Shown in pieces: positions 49,188 to 59,927 of a stretch of 64,000 bases of DNA. The position numbers and the translations under genes were made by a program. The notes under the pieces were generated by a model. That model ran no database searches and was not told where the DNA came from. It saw only the letters and a program-made list of their open reading frames with translations. The DNA lies in the IMG/VR virus record IMGVR_UViG_3300034101_004588, positions 62,001 through 126,000 of that record. The stretch is one strand, 5' to 3'. Position 1 is the stretch's first letter; the number at the start of each line of letters is the position of its first letter.

Positions 49188-52001
49188 TTATGAGCTTATC
49201 CATTGATCACGGGTCAATCTTATATGATCTCGATCCGGTAACATAGATAATGAATTTTTATTATTGTTTTGAGTAATTTGATTGCTATTAGCTACATTTA
49301 CAATCATAGGCTCTGCAAATTTTTGTTCTAATAGTCTAGTTAATCTATCCATAGAATTGTTTTTAACCATTAAATTTACTGCTTCTTTTATAGATTTTAA
49401 TTCTTGATCTAAAAAACCATTTTTTTGAAAGGCCATTACAGTATCATTAGGATTTAAAGAAAATTTAGTACCAGTACGAGGTTCGTATATAAATCGATCT
49501 TGATTTGAAATAATGTCATCTACAGGTACTGTTTGAGATCTTTGAGATGCTTCTTTTTGTTGTTTAATTCTATCTTTTCTTCTTTGTACAGAAGCTTCGG
49601 CTTCTTCTCTAGAAATTCTTCCTGAGGTTTCTATATTTTCTTCGTTTCCGTTTTGTTTTAAAAATTCATCTTGTTTATATTTAATTAACAATAAATCTTC
49701 TTGCGTTTCTTCTATATATTTTTTTAATTCTAATTTTTTATTTTGACGCATTCTTTGTTCTTCTTGATCTAAAGAATCTTTTGTTTGTTCTAATAAACGC
49801 AATTCTTCTTCTAACATTTTTCTTTTATCTATTATTTCTCGAGCATTTGTTTTACTACTTTCAAATTCTTCTTCGCTTTTAAATTCTACTGCTTCTTCTT
49901 TTAATTTTTGAAGTCTTGCAGATTCTTTAGGAGCTTTGATTTCTTGTTCTGGTCCAGTATAATCTGGAATTGACAGTATCTCTTCGTAATTATCATAACC
50001 GAATAATCCCGCTACAAAACTTCTAATACCAAAACCTTCTGGAAATATTTTGACTACATTTTTAAACATCATTCTTTTTAAATTATCCAGTAACTTAGTT
50101 AAAGAAAATGTTGTTTGACCAGTTTCTGGATTAGTTTCTTGAGCATTCATAAATGAAAGAATTATTCCAGCAAAAGATCCTAAGATCGGCATTTCATTCA
50201 TTAATGAAAGTCCTTCTTTTACATTACCAGCTACTAATGCTCCTATACCTTCACTAAATTTTATCAAACCTCCAATGACCGGTGTTTTAGTTAAAAATTC
50301 ATAAATAGCAGATCCCCAATTTTTAAATACATTTAATTTTGCTTCTGTTTTATTTTCTGTTCCTGCTGTTTGGTAATCTAAAATTGCATTTAAAGCTGCA
50401 GCTCCTAAAGTTAAAGGTAATGCAACAGGAGCAGCTGGTGTGTATGCTAAAAGATTAGCTAATCCTCCAATTAGATCTATAGTACCTCCAACAGGATCAT
50501 TATCTCTAAAGCGACTATAAGCATAACCAAAGCTAATTAAACTACCAATTAACGGAAGAGCCTTAAGAGTAACTATAGATACACCTTTTAAAACACTACC
50601 AGCAGCTCTTAATAAAAACCCCTTAGCTCCTGCTCCACCAGCAACTAAAGTACCTCCTACAGCACCACCACCTCCTTTTGTAAAAGATTGAAATATTTCA
50701 TCTATAGAATTAGTCAACAATTCTCCTAGAGTTGAAAACATTCTTCCAGCAAATCCCGCTACTCTAGCTCCTAAGTTAATACCACCAGTAAATAAAAATT
50801 TACTTAATCCGGTTATAGAACCCCTCAAAGAATCAAAAGTAGTTGCCCAGTCTTTACCGAAACGTTCTTCTATATATTTTCTAATTTCTGGCCAATAAAA
50901 ACCAGCTAAAACTCCTAATCCTCCGATAGCGGCTATGGCTCCTGGAATTATTATTGCTATTTTTCCTAATAAACTTTCTGTTAATCCACTAACTAAACCT
51001 TCAAAAAAACCTTGTTTAACACTTGAATCTTGAGGTCTTTCATTTTCATTTTCTAAAGATTCTTCCGAAATTTCTTTTATATCTTCTAAAGATTTTTTAA
51101 CTGGATCTAAATGTAATCCAAAGGCATTATCCAATTTATCAGTTAATTCTAACAAAAACCTTTTACCGTCATCTGAAAAAGTTATTAGGTTTTCTTTAGG
51201 TCCTAATGTAGCTTGTTCTCCAGCTAACTCTTCTTCTTGTATTTGTTTTGTATTTAAAGGTAATAATAAACTTTCAGAAATAGGTTCAAAGGTTTTAAAA
51301 ATTAAATTTTCTAAATTCCCTAAAAAGTCAATTTTTTCTGGTTGATCTTGAATTGTTTCTTGAGGTTGATCTTTTATTACAGGTTCTAATTCTATTATTT
51401 GAGGAGCTGGTAAAAGAGGTTGGGGTATCTGTAAATTTTTAAAAGCGCTTTGTAAATTTATAAAACCTTCTTTTAAATAAGAAATAAAATCAAAGGAATC
51501 AAAATATTTTTTTAATAAATCATTTAAATAAAGTTTTGTTTCATTGGTAAAAGAAACATTAAGATTATCAATTTTTTGTAAACTAGTTTCGTTATTAAAT
51601 TGTTGATTTTGATTTAAATTGTTAAAATTGTTTTGAAATTGATTAATAAAATCGTTTAAATTTGGACTGTCTGTGTAACTTGGTTGGTTTGGTTTATTGT
51701 TTAAATTTTCTTCTTGTTTGTTATTTGTTATTTGAACTTCGTTTATTTTTTTATTTAAACTTTTTATTTTTTTACTAGTTTCATCTATTTCTTTAGAAAT
51801 AGATTCTACACTTGATACAAATTTGGGTAGTTTATTTAAGAGGGGATTTAAAAAATTATCTTTAAAATTTTGTCTTAGAGAATCAACATTTTGAGATTGA
51901 TCTCCAATTAACAATTTAATTAAAAATTCATCCCATTTTACGGGTTCTCCTACTAGAGCAAATTTTTGCAGAATATTTTCTAATTCTTGCGCTGTTACCA
52001 T
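49188..52001 (-). CDS. Tape-measure-like protein
   Basis: 937 aa; coiled coils flanking a G/A/L-rich hydrophobic core (LKALPLIGSLISFG); located in the tail module. Confidence 0.6.
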   Translation of the reverse strand: MVTAQELENILQKFALVGEPVKWDEFLIKLLIGDQSQNVDSLRQNFKDNFLNPLLNKLPKFVSSVESISKEIDETSKKIKSLNKKINEVQITNNKQEENLNNKPNQPSYTDSPNLNDFINQFQNNFNNLNQNQQFNNETSLQKIDNLNVSFTNETKLYLNDLLKKYFDSFDFISYLKEGFINLQSAFKNLQIPQPLLPAPQIIELEPVIKDQPQETIQDQPEKIDFLGNLENLIFKTFEPISESLLLPLNTKQIQEEELAGEQATLGPKENLITFSDDGKRFLLELTDKLDNAFGLHLDPVKKSLEDIKEISEESLENENERPQDSSVKQGFFEGLVSGLTESLLGKIAIIIPGAIAAIGGLGVLAGFYWPEIRKYIEERFGKDWATTFDSLRGSITGLSKFLFTGGINLGARVAGFAGRMFSTLGELLTNSIDEIFQSFTKGGGGAVGGTLVAGGAGAKGFLLRAAGSVLKGVSIVTLKALPLIGSLISFGYAYSRFRDNDPVGGTIDLIGGLANLLAYTPAAPVALPLTLGAAALNAILDYQTAGTENKTEAKLNVFKNWGSAIYEFLTKTPVIGGLIKFSEGIGALVAGNVKEGLSLMNEMPILGSFAGIILSFMNAQETNPETGQTTFSLTKLLDNLKRMMFKNVVKIFPEGFGIRSFVAGLFGYDNYEEILSIPDYTGPEQEIKAPKESARLQKLKEEAVEFKSEEEFESSKTNAREIIDKRKMLEEELRLLEQTKDSLDQEEQRMRQNKKLELKKYIEETQEDLLLIKYKQDEFLKQNGNEENIETSGRISREEAEASVQRRKDRIKQQKEASQRSQTVPVDDIISNQDRFIYEPRTGTKFSLNPNDTVMAFQKNGFLDQELKSIKEAVNLMVKNNSMDRLTRLLEQKFAEPMIVNVANSNQITQNNNKNSLSMLPDRDHIRLTRDQWISS

Positions 52002-52032
52002 AATAATATTTATGGTAAGAAGTAAGTTTGAA

Positions 52033-52845
52033 TTACATCAAAAATAACAAATTATCTATAGTCAGTACCTTAGCTAATTTATTCTCACTGTGTTTTACTG
52101 TCAAAAATTTATCTAAATTCTGACGCCATTCAGATACCTTTTCTAAAACTTTTTGAATTATATCTGCTGTCAATTTTTCTGTAACTTTAATTCTTTGTTT
52201 TGGTGTTAATGTATCTAAATTTATTTCTGTATTTCCGAATCGAATATAAGATATGTATTTTGAAATTTCTCCAATGAAAGCATCAGATACTATAGATCCA
52301 ATTTCATTTACATTTTTAATATCATCTGCTTTTTTGTAATTTTTGTACAGCTCTTCTTCATACTCTAATTCCAATTTTATAATTGGTACAGATATTTTAA
52401 TTTCCAAATCTATATTATTTTTAATCTCTTTTAATATAAATTCTGTGGGATGATTATAATTGCTTATGTTATTTATAATTTTTTGTAAATCAATTACTTC
52501 TGTAATGATTGGATTGTCTTGAAAAATTACATTTAACTTTGAAGAAATTTTACTTCTTAAATATAAACCTACAATAATTTTATCAAATATAGTTAATTGA
52601 TCTATATTAAATGATTGGATTAATAAATTCTCTTTTAAAATGGTATAAAACAATTTAGTAAAAGCTACTTTATACAAAGATGTATCTGTTATTGATTGTA
52701 TTAATTCTTTTTGTTGTTTAGCATTAATTTCTTTAAATTCTAAAACTTGTGGAGTTGAAAAGATAGGTACTGAAACTGTAAAATTGTTCGATAAATTAGA
52801 AAGAGCTTCTAATGCTGTATCAAAATTGGTTGAAGTGTTTTCCAT
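52033..52845 (-). CDS. Baseplate hub assembly protein (gp26-like)
   Basis: FKEINAKQQKEL, LTIFD...LRSK motifs. Confidence 0.6.
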   Translation of the reverse strand: MENTSTNFDTALEALSNLSNNFTVSVPIFSTPQVLEFKEINAKQQKELIQSITDTSLYKVAFTKLFYTILKENLLIQSFNIDQLTIFDKIIVGLYLRSKISSKLNVIFQDNPIITEVIDLQKIINNISNYNHPTEFILKEIKNNIDLEIKISVPIIKLELEYEEELYKNYKKADDIKNVNEIGSIVSDAFIGEISKYISYIRFGNTEINLDTLTPKQRIKVTEKLTADIIQKVLEKVSEWRQNLDKFLTVKHSENKLAKVLTIDNLLFLM

Positions 52846-52862
52846 TTTATAAATTAATTACT

Positions 52863-53825
52863 TTAAATCTGACCAAATTCACGGGCTAAATCTGATACCG
52901 CATCCGAAAAAGAAGCCTCATTGGGTTGTTGTTCATTTTGTTTGTGTTTAGTAAGTAAATTAATATAATTTTGTTTTTCTAAAGGTGTCATTTTATTAAT
53001 AGATTCTAAATCAAACCCTTTACTTATTAAAAATACATTTTCTGCTTGTAAATTTGTAAGGTTATTTGCATATAATAAACGTATTAAATCCTGAATAGAA
53101 TCATTATATAAATTAAGTTTATATTCATTTAAATATGCCATATTGTCAAATAACGATATAGTAGTGGTTTCATTTAAAAAAGAAAAAATTTGGGTTTGTA
53201 GTATATTTTTAATTGAAACCGGCAATTTACCAAAAATAATTTCTTTTTGTTCTTTTGTATATTTTGTAAAATTTATTTCTGTTTTATTAATATATAATAT
53301 TTTTACAAATTCATATAAAGTATCATTGATCTTTTCATAAACATTTTCTTGTTTACTTTTTATAAAATTATTTAGGGAATTTATGTTAGGCCAATCAATA
53401 TGAATTTCTACATCCTTTTCTTTAATAATATTATATTTTTCTATTATCATAGAAATATTATAAACACTTGACATTAAATTTGATAAATTGATTTCTATTT
53501 TTATTTTTTTATTTTTTTGCGTTTTTTCGTCTAATTCTTTAGACTCCATATACATTTCTAAAACATTCCCAATGGAGACTGAGCGTAAATGTATTGCAAA
53601 CATTAAAAATTCTATACAATTTAAATCATATAAAGAATTTTTTTCTTTAAGAACTTGTTTAAAAATTTCTATTAAGGTTTGATTATAATCTTTTCTATAC
53701 TCTTCTGTCGGAGGTAAAGAAGCATTTATCTTAGTTAATATTTCTTGACATTTACAATTTAATTCTTTAAAATTTAAAACAGTTTTAGTAAATGGAAATT
53801 GAATAGACCAATGATATAAATCCAT
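52863..53825 (-). CDS. Baseplate hub assembly protein (gp26/gp51-like)
   Basis: LRSVSIGNVL, WP, and C-terminal INKMTPLEKQNYINLL. Confidence 0.6.
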   Translation of the reverse strand: MDLYHWSIQFPFTKTVLNFKELNCKCQEILTKINASLPPTEEYRKDYNQTLIEIFKQVLKEKNSLYDLNCIEFLMFAIHLRSVSIGNVLEMYMESKELDEKTQKNKKIKIEINLSNLMSSVYNISMIIEKYNIIKEKDVEIHIDWPNINSLNNFIKSKQENVYEKINDTLYEFVKILYINKTEINFTKYTKEQKEIIFGKLPVSIKNILQTQIFSFLNETTTISLFDNMAYLNEYKLNLYNDSIQDLIRLLYANNLTNLQAENVFLISKGFDLESINKMTPLEKQNYINLLTKHKQNEQQPNEASFSDAVSDLAREFGQI

Positions 53826-53843
53826 AATCTATTATATAAAATC

Positions 53844-54566
53844 TTAAGCAAATGTCCCTGGAGTATTGTTTGTGATAAAAGGTTCAGCTTTGGAAGGAGA
53901 TACAACATAATAACCATCATAAGCAAAATCTACAGCTGTATATTTCATATCATCCGTCATATAAGAATACTGTTCTCCGGAAAAACCAATAGGTACTACA
54001 TTATAAAATCTTAAAATTTTGCGTATAATCATAGATTTTCCTTCTCCGGTTTTAGCTAACATACACACATCACAGTAACTTGCTTTTGTATTTTTAGCAC
54101 TTCCTCGTGGTCTAGCAACTAAACCGTTATAGCTAGCAGCAACTAACCAAGGTCGAATAATTAAATCTAAAAAAGAAGCATTTGTTTCTAAAAATGTTAT
54201 TTTTAAAGGAAGATATTTTTGTCGAGTATTGGATGTAGTAGGAGATTGATATCCTCCATAGTCTAAACCGTTATGTTTTGCGTCGAACGCATCTCCAGGC
54301 AAATCAACCTGTCGCGCAAAAACACAACCCATACTAGATGTTTGCAAGGCAGAATCTATAAGATACCGCACAGAGCCATTGCTTATCATCCAACCAGAAG
54401 AACCAAAATAAGATTCTTTTTGTCTTAAGGTTTCTTCAATGCCATTCCATAATACACCCACATCATTAAGATCAAAGTACATAAACCACTGACTAGCCAT
54501 AGCAAGACCAGTAGGCCATTGACCTAAAAGGTTTAAATACTTACTGTATGGAGAAGATTCTGCCAT
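53844..54566 (-). CDS. Tail tube-fold baseplate protein (gp54-like)
   Basis: VDLPG, LKITFLET, FYNVVP, VDFAY; adjacent to the tube gene. Confidence 0.6.
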   Translation of the reverse strand: MAESSPYSKYLNLLGQWPTGLAMASQWFMYFDLNDVGVLWNGIEETLRQKESYFGSSGWMISNGSVRYLIDSALQTSSMGCVFARQVDLPGDAFDAKHNGLDYGGYQSPTTSNTRQKYLPLKITFLETNASFLDLIIRPWLVAASYNGLVARPRGSAKNTKASYCDVCMLAKTGEGKSMIIRKILRFYNVVPIGFSGEQYSYMTDDMKYTAVDFAYDGYYVVSPSKAEPFITNNTPGTFA

Positions 54567-54594
54567 AACAATACTTATTATGGCTGCGATTAAA

Positions 54595-55137
54595 TTATGA
54601 AGTTAAGCGCCAGTATTGATAAGCTATAGTGGCTTGAATTTCTGATATTTCACCAGCTGAAGTAATGTTTAATTGCATTTCTCCAACCGTGACACAGTAG
54701 CAACCATAAAGAGTATAAGTTCTGATTATACCGCCTTGTTTATCTAATAAAGACAATACTGCAATATTGGATGAAGTATTGTTTGGTATACTGTATTCAC
54801 CTGTACTGTTAATATCATTAAAGGTTGAATATGTCCAGTCTTCCAATTTACGTCTTATAGATAAGTTTTGAGGTACTCTGAAAGTAACATTCCATCCAGC
54901 ACTATTAGGATACTGAGCAGCACCAGGAACATTGAATTGCAATCCCATAAATGGAACTGGAATATTGTTAATTGCTCTTTGCGGAAGAGTTGTTGATGTT
55001 GCGTATAGTAATTCATCTTGAGTAAATCTAGTTCCTCCTAATTGAGTAATTCTAAATAGATTTTGTCTGAAGAAATCGTTTCTTGCTGCTGCATCATAAA
55101 AATTCATGATGCCCAATGAGTTAAAGAGTGTTGCCAT
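54595..55137 (-). CDS. gp19: Tail tube protein
   Basis: RQNLFR, LP...IPVPFMG..FNVPG, WNVTF, YTLYGCY, IAYQYW; follows the sheath gene. Confidence 0.88.
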   Translation of the reverse strand: MATLFNSLGIMNFYDAAARNDFFRQNLFRITQLGGTRFTQDELLYATSTTLPQRAINNIPVPFMGLQFNVPGAAQYPNSAGWNVTFRVPQNLSIRRKLEDWTYSTFNDINSTGEYSIPNNTSSNIAVLSLLDKQGGIIRTYTLYGCYCVTVGEMQLNITSAGEISEIQATIAYQYWRLTS

Positions 55138-55146
55138 ATGTATTAA

Positions 55147-55152
55147 TATTTA
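55147..55152 (-). promoter_or_regulatory. Late promoter core for the tail tube gene
   Basis: GGATAAATA on the minus strand, 9 nt before the ATG. Confidence 0.65.
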
Positions 55153-55155
55153 TCC

Positions 55156-57702
55156 TTAGTTTTCAAATAATTCATCTAAATCAACACCAGAACTTGTAGC
55201 AATGAAATCTACTAATATAAATTCTGCAGTTCTTACTGGTTGTATATAGATAGCGACTCTTAATTCATTGTTATCAATGGATTGAGGAGTATTGTTTCTT
55301 TCGTCGCATATGATTTTGTAATCTATTAAACCTTCATTGATTCTAGCGTTTTCAAAAAGAGGTGTTAATGAAGCTACCACTCTTTGACGAGTTAGATCTG
55401 TGTTGGGTTCAAAAACAAATGGACGTAAGGTTTGAACTGTTTGTTTTTCGAGATGCAAGAACAATAATCTTACATTCAATCTATCAAAAGCAGAAGGTCT
55501 ACGTAAGAAGGTTTTCTGTCCGAATATAGCTGTTCCGTCTGCAGGGAAATAAGCTATAGGATTGAAAGAGCTTCTGTACAACATATCTCTTTGTCTTTGT
55601 GTTGGGTTAATTGCAAGTGAATCTGCACCTCCTCTTGAAATCAATCCATAATTAAATCCGGCTGGAGCTGTCCATGGTTGATTTATTCTAGCAGTACTTA
55701 AAAATTGTTTTGCTGCTTTTGTTGAAGGTGGCAACCAAACAAATTCATTAGCAAACACATTGTCGATAACTTTAAACCAGTTAGCATAAACAGCCATATA
55801 ACTACTAGCAATGCCCTCAAATTGAGTTGCTAATGGTCTGAATATGTCTGTTGCATATATGTATGCTTTTCTTGAATTTGTTGGTTTATTTCCGTTGACA
55901 AATATATATCTTAAAGGATCTGCAATAAATACGTGATTTTTCTTTTGATTTGCAAAAGCTCTGAATTTATTTGCAACTTCTTGATATTCATCTCTTAGTA
56001 AATTACCATTTTCAATTAAAACTCTTTCTTTTGGTTTTAATTTTAATGTATCCATCTTAACTGGATAAGAATCATCAAATATTTGTTGATTTGGGTCAAA
56101 ATTATAATCTCTATATCTTTGTTGAGATCCTACATAAATGCTACCTAAACCAGCTTCAACACTAACATCTATGTCTAGATTTTCATTTTCATTAGTGTCA
56201 AATAATTTAAATACTTGTTCTAATTTGCCGGGTACATATCCAATTACTTTTTGAATATTTTGATAGTAAGGAGCATATCTTCCAAAGGAATATAAAGCTT
56301 TGGCTGTATCTGCCATTCTAACAGTTTTGATGGGTCTTCCGTTTATATCAATCCAATCTTGAGAATTTGATATAGCAGGATTTATTAACAAGTCTATTTT
56401 TGAATTACCGTTACGATTTACTCTATTTTCCAAAGAGAAATTAGTTGCTGGGCCACCATTTGGATTGTTTTGTGTTCTATTAACATACAACGACCCAACA
56501 TAAGATTCTCTAGTAGCATAACTTAAAGTTATTGTATCTTGGTTGTATAAAGATTTATTTAAACGGAAGACCATCAGTTTTAATGAATCATTAAATGAGT
56601 CATCAGAGAAATCATATCCAGGAAATCTAGCTACTTGTTCTGAAATACTAGCTCTATCTACAGATGAAAAGTCTTGAGTTAGAGTAAATGCTAATCTAGA
56701 ACTTGGGATTTCTGTAAATGTCTGTAACGAATTGCCAGCAGAGGTAACCGTATAAATAGAACGAATTTCTTGGAAGTTTGTATCTGGACTATCGTCTGAA
56801 TTATCCATTAAACCTAAATAGAACCCTTCAAACAGTTCATTAACTCCTGTTTTGTCTGCATTAATTGCTATAATTCCAGCATATCCTCTGTCGTCTACGC
56901 TATCGAATTCTAAAGAAGAACTAAGATTATTCCAATAAGAATAACCCAAAGAAACTCCACCTGTTAATTGATATACATTTGTAATATTAGCAGTTGACAA
57001 CAAGAAAGCTGCATTTGAACCATTATAAACTGAGAAATTTTCTACAGAAGGTCTTAAAAAGCTATCTAAGAAAACGCTAGATAAAACAAATACTGATGAA
57101 GTTGCTAAGCTTACTGAGCTTAAAGTATTAACACTAATATTTTGATTTACAGCTATTGACGTTAAAGTTGCATATGAAATCGCATATGAAGATCCAGCTT
57201 CTACAAAAGAAGTGTTTTGGCTGGAAGATAAAGTTGAAGACCAATTAGTATAACCTTCTTGAATTTCTTCATACTTTTGATTTGAAATTAAAATTGATTT
57301 AGGGGGTAATATTCTATATTCTGTAGACTCTGAATATGTTGGTTTGTTATGCAGTACAGGGAAAAATAAAGCACTATACTCATCTGCATAACCTTCTCCA
57401 TAACCAGAACCATAAGGAATTCTGGTAGTATAAATGTCTATAGGACCTCCAGCAGTAACTAAATCTCTAACTCCATAGTAAAAATAACGTTCTGCGTCAT
57501 TAGTAGGGGTTCCATACACATTAACAAACTGAGACAGGTTTCTAACTCTGACCATTTCTTCTGTTGGTCCTTGATTTGCAAAACCTGCAATTAAAGCGGT
57601 TGGTCTGTCTGTTATAACTTGACTTGTAGGTCTTAGTTCAGACTCTGTAATTTGAATGCCAGGGGATTGTATTCTTCTAGGTGATGTAGTTACTCGTGCC
57701 AT
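55156..57702 (-). CDS. gp18: Contractile tail sheath protein
   Basis: SPGIQITE, GFANQGP, PWTAPAGFNYG, FGQKT, AFDRLNVRLL, FEPN, CDERNNT, QPVRTAEFI. Confidence 0.95.
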   Translation of the reverse strand: MARVTTSPRRIQSPGIQITESELRPTSQVITDRPTALIAGFANQGPTEEMVRVRNLSQFVNVYGTPTNDAERYFYYGVRDLVTAGGPIDIYTTRIPYGSGYGEGYADEYSALFFPVLHNKPTYSESTEYRILPPKSILISNQKYEEIQEGYTNWSSTLSSSQNTSFVEAGSSYAISYATLTSIAVNQNISVNTLSSVSLATSSVFVLSSVFLDSFLRPSVENFSVYNGSNAAFLLSTANITNVYQLTGGVSLGYSYWNNLSSSLEFDSVDDRGYAGIIAINADKTGVNELFEGFYLGLMDNSDDSPDTNFQEIRSIYTVTSAGNSLQTFTEIPSSRLAFTLTQDFSSVDRASISEQVARFPGYDFSDDSFNDSLKLMVFRLNKSLYNQDTITLSYATRESYVGSLYVNRTQNNPNGGPATNFSLENRVNRNGNSKIDLLINPAISNSQDWIDINGRPIKTVRMADTAKALYSFGRYAPYYQNIQKVIGYVPGKLEQVFKLFDTNENENLDIDVSVEAGLGSIYVGSQQRYRDYNFDPNQQIFDDSYPVKMDTLKLKPKERVLIENGNLLRDEYQEVANKFRAFANQKKNHVFIADPLRYIFVNGNKPTNSRKAYIYATDIFRPLATQFEGIASSYMAVYANWFKVIDNVFANEFVWLPPSTKAAKQFLSTARINQPWTAPAGFNYGLISRGGADSLAINPTQRQRDMLYRSSFNPIAYFPADGTAIFGQKTFLRRPSAFDRLNVRLLFLHLEKQTVQTLRPFVFEPNTDLTRQRVVASLTPLFENARINEGLIDYKIICDERNNTPQSIDNNELRVAIYIQPVRTAEFILVDFIATSSGVDLDELFEN

Positions 57703-57717
57703 ATTTTTATTCTCAAA

Positions 57718-57723
57718 TATTTA
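57718..57723 (-). promoter_or_regulatory. Late promoter core for the sheath gene
   Basis: GGATAAATA on the minus strand, 15 nt before the ATG. Confidence 0.65.
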
Positions 57724-57789
57724 TCCTTTTCAAGACCAGGATTGAAAAAATATTTTAAATAATGTTCAAAAGAGTAAATATATAATAAT

Positions 57790-58095
57790 ATGAACAAATA
57801 CGATCAAGTTTATAATGAATATGCTTCTTCTATAGATCCTAATTTAATAAGAGCAGCTATAACAGATACAATAAATAAAACACAAGCGCCAGCAAATGCT
57901 AAAGAGGCTTTAAATAAAATTTTTAAAACAAATGATGCTACAGAAGATACTAACAAAGACTCTAATATTATTAAAGATGAAGACAAAAAAGAGTTAGAAA
58001 AAGCTTTAGAAACTATTCAAAAAATTTTAAACCCTTCTAAATCTCCTTCAAGTCCAATTTCAACATCAATTACATCGCAAAGTCCCAAAATGTAA
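57790..58095 (+). CDS. Hypothetical late protein
   Basis: 101-aa ORF; TAAATA at 57775-57780. Confidence 0.55.
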   Translation: MNKYDQVYNEYASSIDPNLIRAAITDTINKTQAPANAKEALNKIFKTNDATEDTNKDSNIIKDEDKKELEKALETIQKILNPSKSPSSPISTSITSQSPKM

Positions 58096-58101
58096 TTTAA
58101 C

Positions 58102-58881
58102 ATGGGAAAAAAAATTAATAAAAAAAATAAAAATTCTTTTGAAATTTCAAAAGATAATTCTCCTTATGTATATCAAAGAGAAAAAGTTGCTTTTGAATAT
58201 ATTATAAAAGAATTACCCTGGACTGAAAATCAAAAAAAATTAATAGAACTCATTTTAGATAAAAATACAAAATGTGTTTTTATTGACGGTCCAGCAGGTT
58301 CAAGCAAAACTTTAACAGCGGTATATTGTGCTTTGACTTTATTAAAGATTAAAAAAATATCTGATATAATTTTTGTAAGAAGTGCAGTGGAGAGTGCTGA
58401 TAGTAAAATAGGATATTTGCCAGGTAACATAGATGAAAAATTTGAAGCTTATATGGCTCCTTTTATGGAAAAGTTAGAAGAGTTATTAGACAAAGCAGCT
58501 TTAAATAGATTAAGGCATGATGAAAGATTTAGTGCAACCCCTGTCAATTATATTAGAGGTCTTCATTGGGCTTCTAAATGTGTTATAGTTGATGAATGCC
58601 AAAATATTACCTTTAGAGAATTAATTACAACCATAACACGTATGGGTGAATTTTCTAAAATTATTTTTTGTGGTGATCCAATGCAATCAGATTTAACAGA
58701 AAATAAATCTGGAGGTTTTGCTAAAATATGTGATATATTTTCAGATGAAGAGTCTCAAAAATTTGGTATCCATAGATTTCAATTTACAGAAGAAGATATA
58801 TTAAGATCCGAATTTACTAAATTCGTTATAAAAAAATTAGCAAAAGAAAAAGATACTTGGAAACCTAAGACAACTAAGTAA
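58102..58881 (+). CDS. phoH: PhoH-like ATPase
   Basis: TENQ, GPAGSSKT, RSAVE, IGYLPG, YIRG, VDECQN, TRMG, GDPMQSD. Confidence 0.93.
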   Translation: MGKKINKKNKNSFEISKDNSPYVYQREKVAFEYIIKELPWTENQKKLIELILDKNTKCVFIDGPAGSSKTLTAVYCALTLLKIKKISDIIFVRSAVESADSKIGYLPGNIDEKFEAYMAPFMEKLEELLDKAALNRLRHDERFSATPVNYIRGLHWASKCVIVDECQNITFRELITTITRMGEFSKIIFCGDPMQSDLTENKSGGFAKICDIFSDEESQKFGIHRFQFTEEDILRSEFTKFVIKKLAKEKDTWKPKTTK

Positions 58882-58888
58882 TTATTAC

Positions 58889-59071
58889 ATGAACAATTCT
58901 CCTCAATACCAATCCGTTACTAACCGTCCTATAGGTTGCACTTTTTGCGGTGCAACAGTTAACGGAAGAATAGTAGAAAAAAAAGTTCCTCAAATAGAAC
59001 AAACCATTAAAGAAATACATTGGATTTGTAATAGATGTGGTAATTTAGTAAGAGTTGGCCGTCAAGCGTAA
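58889..59071 (+). CDS. Small zinc-ribbon protein
   Basis: CTFC...WICNRCG; TAAGTA upstream. Confidence 0.65.
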   Translation: MNNSPQYQSVTNRPIGCTFCGATVNGRIVEKKVPQIEQTIKEIHWICNRCGNLVRVGRQA

Positions 59072-59072
59072 C

Positions 59073-59483
59073 ATGAAATTGGAAAAGGTTATTAATGAGA
59101 CTTTGACTTCTATATGGTCACCAAAACAATATCAAGCAACGAGCATGGCTCCAAGAAAAGATTTTGCACCTCTTAACACTCAAGACGGATACAACTATCC
59201 TTATCAGACCCAATCACCTTTACCAACACCAGATGTTCCTTCAAATAAAACAGCAAATATACCTTGGCCTTTACAAACCATAGATGATGATCTCGCGGAT
59301 AGTTATGTTTATTTATTAGCAGCTGGACAAAAAATTCAAACTGCTATAAAAAATAATCCTTCTCTTTCCAAACAGCAAAAGTTAAAAATGAAGGTGTTGT
59401 TAAAAAATTGTAAGTCAGCTCTCAATCTAATTAAAAAAATAGGATTCAATATAAAACCTATTATAGATCTTAATCAGAAATAA
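59073..59483 (+). CDS. Hypothetical protein
   Basis: ATG 59073 (MKLEKVINE...). Confidence 0.55.
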   Translation: MKLEKVINETLTSIWSPKQYQATSMAPRKDFAPLNTQDGYNYPYQTQSPLPTPDVPSNKTANIPWPLQTIDDDLADSYVYLLAAGQKIQTAIKNNPSLSKQQKLKMKVLLKNCKSALNLIKKIGFNIKPIIDLNQK

Positions 59484-59523
59484 TTTTCTTGCTTTTCCTT
59501 GTAAAATCAGGAAAAATTTATAA

Positions 59524-59925
59524 ATGATAAATTTTATAAAATCTACGTCTGTAGTTATATTTGTATCTGCTTTAGCAGGTTTAAGCGGTTACTTGTTAGG
59601 GTTCAATTTTTTGGGAATTTTTATATTGTTTTTTGTAATGCAATATATTCTTCTGAGCTTCATTAAAGAATGGATTGTTTCCTATTATCAAGAACAAACA
59701 CGACAAAAGCAATTAGACAAATTAGAAAACCTATCTACTATTTTAGAATGTGCTTATTGTCAAACACCAAACATTATGACGTTTGTTCCGGATCAAAATG
59801 AAAAATTAAATTTTGTTTGTGAAAAATGTCTTAAAAATAATTCTGTTAATTTGCAGTTTATAGTAGCTAGAACCACCGAACCCTTAGATTTGATTGCTCA
59901 AGACATAGAACAAGTCGAAAAATAA
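59524..59925 (+). CDS. Membrane protein with a zinc ribbon
   Basis: Two N-terminal hydrophobic helices; CAYC...CEKC. Confidence 0.65.
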   Translation: MINFIKSTSVVIFVSALAGLSGYLLGFNFLGIFILFFVMQYILLSFIKEWIVSYYQEQTRQKQLDKLENLSTILECAYCQTPNIMTFVPDQNEKLNFVCEKCLKNNSVNLQFIVARTTEPLDLIAQDIEQVEK

Positions 59926-59927
59926 TT

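Noticed and set aside
57703-57789. tRNA or ncRNA in intergenic gaps
   Set aside because: Gaps are under 100 nt, AT-rich and explained by promoters or terminators; no cloverleaf was seen.
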